From Microcoleus sp. (GTDB taxonomy: Bacteria > Cyanobacteriota > Cyanobacteriia > Cyanobacteriales > Microcoleaceae): 64,000 bases of DNA. The stretch spans positions 64,001 to 128,000 of the forward strand of contig CP181291.1 in NCBI GenBank assembly GCA_052279835.1, given 5' to 3'. The notes beneath the pieces are model-generated. The model was not told the DNA's origin. It saw only the letters and a list, made by a program, of their open reading frames with translations, and did no database searches. Each line of letters opens with the position of its first letter. Positions within the stretch are counted from its first letter, which is position 1. Below, piece by piece: positions 60,371 through 64,000 of this stretch. Position numbers and translations under genes: made by a program.

Positions 60371-60923
60371 GGCTGAAGCAATTATGTTGCTGCGGGACTT
60401 ATCCTCATCAGTTCGATTGGTGATACCCAGCATTTGTTACAGGTCGTCTCTGTCGGCTTTAGAGGATGAGTTGAAGCGACAAAACTATTTTCAGCAACAG
60501 CTAAGCCTTCAAATTAGCGAAACAAAGCGAGATGTGACATCCGAACACGCCGCATCTCTATCTTTTCACCTAGAAGAGTCATTTATTTACTATCGCAATC
60601 GAGTAGGTGAAATTAAATTTCGACTGCGTGAAGCAATTTCTCTGCTGTCTAAAAATGCAGAAATGATTGTATTAAATACAGAGATTATCGAAGCAAGCTT
60701 AAACACAACTTTTATCGCCAAAGACCCAACAGATAATTTGATTCTACACTGTATCCTGAGTCATGCCCGCTTGCACCCCACAGAAGCCAAAGCATTTCTA
60801 AGCGGCAATGTCAAAGAATTTCGTCAACTTGCGGAAGTTCAAGATGCTTTACAACAGGCTGGAGTGGAAAAGTATTTTTCGCGTACAGAAGACTTTCTCG
60901 GTTGGTTACAATCTCATTCCTAG
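60315..60923 (+). CDS. PIN-domain protein (DUF4935-like)
   Basis: IVYIETNFL (first PIN acidic site), DPTDNLILHCIL, AFLSGNVKEF. Confidence 0.7.
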   Translation: MAIVYIETNFLMTIATGREAEAIMLLRDLSSSVRLVIPSICYRSSLSALEDELKRQNYFQQQLSLQISETKRDVTSEHAASLSFHLEESFIYYRNRVGEIKFRLREAISLLSKNAEMIVLNTEIIEASLNTTFIAKDPTDNLILHCILSHARLHPTEAKAFLSGNVKEFRQLAEVQDALQQAGVEKYFSRTEDFLGWLQSHS

Positions 60924-60951
60924 TTGCACGAAAATGGTATAGTAAAAAAAT

Positions 60952-62724
60952 ATGAAAATTTCTATCATGTTACATTCAAAACTACGATCGCTCGTGATTC
61001 TACTGGCGGCAATTCTCACCATAACTCTGTCTGCGTGCACTCCAGCGCGATCGAATTTAGTAAACAGACTCATAGTTCCTACCCCCAGTGGTCCAGCCAC
61101 CTTTAACTACCCCCTAAATCAATCAGCCTACAGCGTTTTTGGCTATCTCAATGAAGGACTGATCAACGAAAACGGTCTCACATCGGAACTAGAACCCGGT
61201 TTAGCAGAGTCTTGGAAAGTCTCTAAAGATGGCAAAAAGATTGTCTTCACCCTGCGAGAGGGATTGAAATGGTCTGATGGCGAACCGATGACTACAGATG
61301 ACATTATCTTCAGCTATGACAAGATTTATTTCAATGATAAAATTCCCAGTGGTTTAAAAGATACCCTCAGAGTTGGGATGAGTCGCCAATTCCCCAAACT
61401 CAAAAAAATTGATAGTCGTCGGGTAGAATTTTCCGTTGCAGAACCCTTTGCTCCATTTATTAGATATGCTGGGGGCATACCGATTTTACCAGCTCATATT
61501 TTGCAGGCATCTGTAGATAATACAGATAGTGAAGGCAAACCGAAGTTCCTGACTACTTGGGGGACAGATACTGACCCCCAAAAAATTGTCGGTAATGGTC
61601 AATATCGAATGTTAAGCTATACTCCTAATCAACGAGTAGTCTTAGAAAGAAATCCCTATTTTTGGCGTAAAGATACTCAGGGAACAGATCAGCCTTACAT
61701 CCAGCAAATAGTCTGGCAAATTATCGAAAATACTGATACTCAACTGCTGAATTTTCGCTCTGGTGATTTGGATAGTCTGGACGTGCAGCCCGAAGTGTTT
61801 CCGCTGCTGAAAAGGGAGGAAAAACGCGGTAAATATACGGTATTTAACGGTGGTCCCGACACTGGCAGTGTATTTATGTGTTTCAATCTGAATCAGGGTC
61901 GTAATGCTCAAAATCAGCCCTTTGTAGACCCGATTAAATCTCGGTGGTTCGCAACTAAGGAGTTTCGGCAGGCGATCGCCTATGGTATCAACCGCGACGC
62001 CATGACTAACAATATCTATCGCGGACTTGGCGCGCCCCTGCATTCCCCAATTCCAGCCCAAAGCCCGTTTTACTTATCCCCAAAAGAAGGATTAAAAACT
62101 TACAACTACGACCCCAAAAAAGCCAAAGAACTACTGTTAAGTGCTGGCTTCAAGTATAATAATGAAGGGAATTTATTGGATCGGGAGGGGAACAAAGTGC
62201 GATTTACTTTATTAATGGCGGCCGGCAAAAAAGTCCGGGAACAAATGGGAACACAAATTAAACAAGATTTAGGCAAGTTAGGCATACAGATTGATACACA
62301 ATTTCTCAGCTTTAACACTTATGTAGAAAAGCTACGTTTGACTAAAAATTGGGATACCTATCTCGGTGGTTTTACTGGCGGTCTGGAACCGCACAGTGGC
62401 TACAATATCTGGTCAGTAAACGGCACTTTACACAGTTTTAACCAGGGACCGCAGGCTGGGGAACCGCCGATTAAGGGCTGGAAAGTTGCTGACTGGGAGC
62501 AGAAAATTGATGACCTATATGTGAAAGCTTCCCAGGAACTAAACGAGGCTAAGCGCAAGGAACTTTATGCAGAAACCCAACGGATTATAGCAGAACAAGC
62601 ACCGTTTATCTACATGGTGAATCCCTTGACTTTTGAGGCGGTGCGCGATCGCATTTCAGGAATTAGGTATAGTGCTATAGGAGGCGCTTTCTGGAATTTG
62701 TACGAGTTGAAAATTACCGAATAG
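60952..62724 (+). CDS. Peptide/nickel ABC transporter substrate-binding lipoprotein (family 5)
   Basis: Lipobox LSAC; PGLAESWKVSKDG..FTLREGLKWSDGEP; LERNPYFW; FRQAIAYGINR. Confidence 0.92.
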   Translation: MKISIMLHSKLRSLVILLAAILTITLSACTPARSNLVNRLIVPTPSGPATFNYPLNQSAYSVFGYLNEGLINENGLTSELEPGLAESWKVSKDGKKIVFTLREGLKWSDGEPMTTDDIIFSYDKIYFNDKIPSGLKDTLRVGMSRQFPKLKKIDSRRVEFSVAEPFAPFIRYAGGIPILPAHILQASVDNTDSEGKPKFLTTWGTDTDPQKIVGNGQYRMLSYTPNQRVVLERNPYFWRKDTQGTDQPYIQQIVWQIIENTDTQLLNFRSGDLDSLDVQPEVFPLLKREEKRGKYTVFNGGPDTGSVFMCFNLNQGRNAQNQPFVDPIKSRWFATKEFRQAIAYGINRDAMTNNIYRGLGAPLHSPIPAQSPFYLSPKEGLKTYNYDPKKAKELLLSAGFKYNNEGNLLDREGNKVRFTLLMAAGKKVREQMGTQIKQDLGKLGIQIDTQFLSFNTYVEKLRLTKNWDTYLGGFTGGLEPHSGYNIWSVNGTLHSFNQGPQAGEPPIKGWKVADWEQKIDDLYVKASQELNEAKRKELYAETQRIIAEQAPFIYMVNPLTFEAVRDRISGIRYSAIGGAFWNLYELKITE

Positions 62725-62801
62725 TCATTAGTCATTAGCGGTGCCCTGAGCGGAGTCGAAGGGTCGAAGGGTCGAAGGGTCATTAGTCATTAGGATAGCG
62801 A

Positions 62802-62890
62802 CAATTACCAATTACCAATTCCCAATTCCCAATTCCCAATTCCCAATTCCCAATTCCCCATTCCCCATTCCCCATTCCCCATTCCCAATT
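62802..62890. repeat. Heptamer tandem repeat (CCCAATT/CCCCATT)n, STRR-type
   Basis: About 12 units; reverse complement of the 26290 repeat type. Confidence 0.9.
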
Positions 62891-62893
62891 TTC

Positions 62894-63682
62894 ATGCAAC
62901 CTGAAATCTTACAAAAGTTACTCCAATCTGTGGCCGCAGGTGATGTCAGTCCCGCCACAGCTTTAGAAAAACTCAAGCACTTTGACTTTGAACAAGTGGG
63001 CGATTTTGCCAAAATCGACCACCACCGCACTCTCAGAACCGGTTTCCCAGAAGTAATTTGGGGACCAGGTAAAACCCCAGACCAAATTGTTGAGATTATC
63101 CAGGTGATGCGGGGGCGAAATCCGGCAGTGATGGCGACGCGAATTGAACCGGAAGTTTTCGAGCAATTACAGCAAAAAATTCCAGATTTGTGCTATTACC
63201 AAAAAGCTCGAATTTGTGCTATTTCTCCTAGTTCCCCAACTTCGCAACATCCAGGTAAAGTCACAATTATTAGTGCGGGAACCGCCGATTTGTCTGTAGC
63301 GGAAGAGGCGGCTGTGACTGCCGAACTTTGCGGTTTTCAGGTAGAGCGTTTGTGGGATGTGGGAGTTGCGGGCATTCACCGCTTGCTGAGTAATCGCCAC
63401 GTTATTGCTGATGCTGATGTGTTGATTGCGGTGGCTGGTATGGAAGGTGCTTTGGCGAGTGTGGTTGCAGGTTTGGCAGATTGTCCGGTGATTGCTGTAC
63501 CGACAAGTGTTGGTTATGGCGCTAGTTTTGGCGGGATTGCGCCTCTTTTAACTATGCTTAATTCTTGTGCGGCTGGTGTGGGCGTGGTGAATATTGATAA
63601 TGGCTTTGGTGCGGCAATTTTAGCTTGTCAAATTCTCAGAACCGCTGGCAGAGTTGGGAAAAATCAAAAAATACAGTCCTAA
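62894..63682 (+). CDS. larB: LarB / CpmA (AIR-carboxylase-like) protein
   Basis: [64 protein letters not shown]. Confidence 0.9.
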   Translation: MQPEILQKLLQSVAAGDVSPATALEKLKHFDFEQVGDFAKIDHHRTLRTGFPEVIWGPGKTPDQIVEIIQVMRGRNPAVMATRIEPEVFEQLQQKIPDLCYYQKARICAISPSSPTSQHPGKVTIISAGTADLSVAEEAAVTAELCGFQVERLWDVGVAGIHRLLSNRHVIADADVLIAVAGMEGALASVVAGLADCPVIAVPTSVGYGASFGGIAPLLTMLNSCAAGVGVVNIDNGFGAAILACQILRTAGRVGKNQKIQS

Positions 63683-63784
63683 GCGTTTCAAGGGGCAATT
63701 TCCCCTTGAAAAGTACCTATTTCGTGTAGATTGTTGCGCGCCCTTAATAGTGTATTAAGGGCGATCGCACTTTGTCTCAATTCC

Positions 63785-64000
63785 CTAAACCAGCAAGAAG
63801 TTAGCCGCTGTAAGCGAATTGGCATTCACTCCTGCAATCACACCTAACTCCTCCCCTGTCAAGACATTCTTAATCAAAGTTGCTTGATTATTTTGAGTGA
63901 TGGCTAACTGACTAAAACTCAAACCTCCACTCAATCCAATCAAATCTTGACCGAGAGTAAAATCAGCAATGATATCAAATCCTTGACCAGCTTGTAAGAC
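63785..64000 (-). CDS. C-terminus of an RTX/hemolysin-type calcium-binding (secreted) protein; starts beyond window end
   Basis: Manual translation: VLQAGQGFDIIADFTLGQDLIGLSGGLSFSQLAITQNNQATLIKNVLTGEELGVIAGVNANSLTAANFLLV*. Confidence 0.75.
   Translation of the reverse strand, partial: VLQAGQGFDIIADFTLGQDLIGLSGGLSFSQLAITQNNQATLIKNVLTGEELGVIAGVNANSLTAANFLLV

Overview
Chromosomal segment of a cyanobacterium. The evidence is abundant HIP1 octamers (GCGATCGC), heptameric STRR tandem repeats, cyanophycin genes, an FtsH2-type protease and a Cph2-like photoreceptor. An Oscillatoriales-like origin is an inference. Housekeeping and metabolic genes: RND efflux operon with PadR regulator, mazG, tRNA-Val, coaBC, clpP, ftsH, cobG/H/I under a compact cobalamin riboswitch, cobL, trmD, ispF, a peptide ABC binding protein and larB/cpmA. 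There are two complete cyanophycin loci (cphB2/cphA2 and cphB1-cphA1) and many signalling genes. Most notable: (i) a chromosomal ParM-actin/ParR pair between clpP and ftsH with no visible parC, matching a segregation system repurposed as a membrane cytoskeleton (CorMR-like); (ii) a tandem-cyclase + P-loop NTPase + TPR protein strongly resembling mammalian soluble adenylyl cyclase, followed by an unusually long carotenoid-oxygenase-family dioxygenase; (iii) an MmeI-like restriction-modification gene with a compositionally foreign specificity segment, inside a small toxin-antitoxin island; (iv) several MITE families, one present twice with 8-bp target-site duplications. Three genes (cyclase, cobH, cphA1) are each broken by one extra G in a G-run, most likely sequencing error. 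All calls come from reading motifs by eye; no database searches were run.
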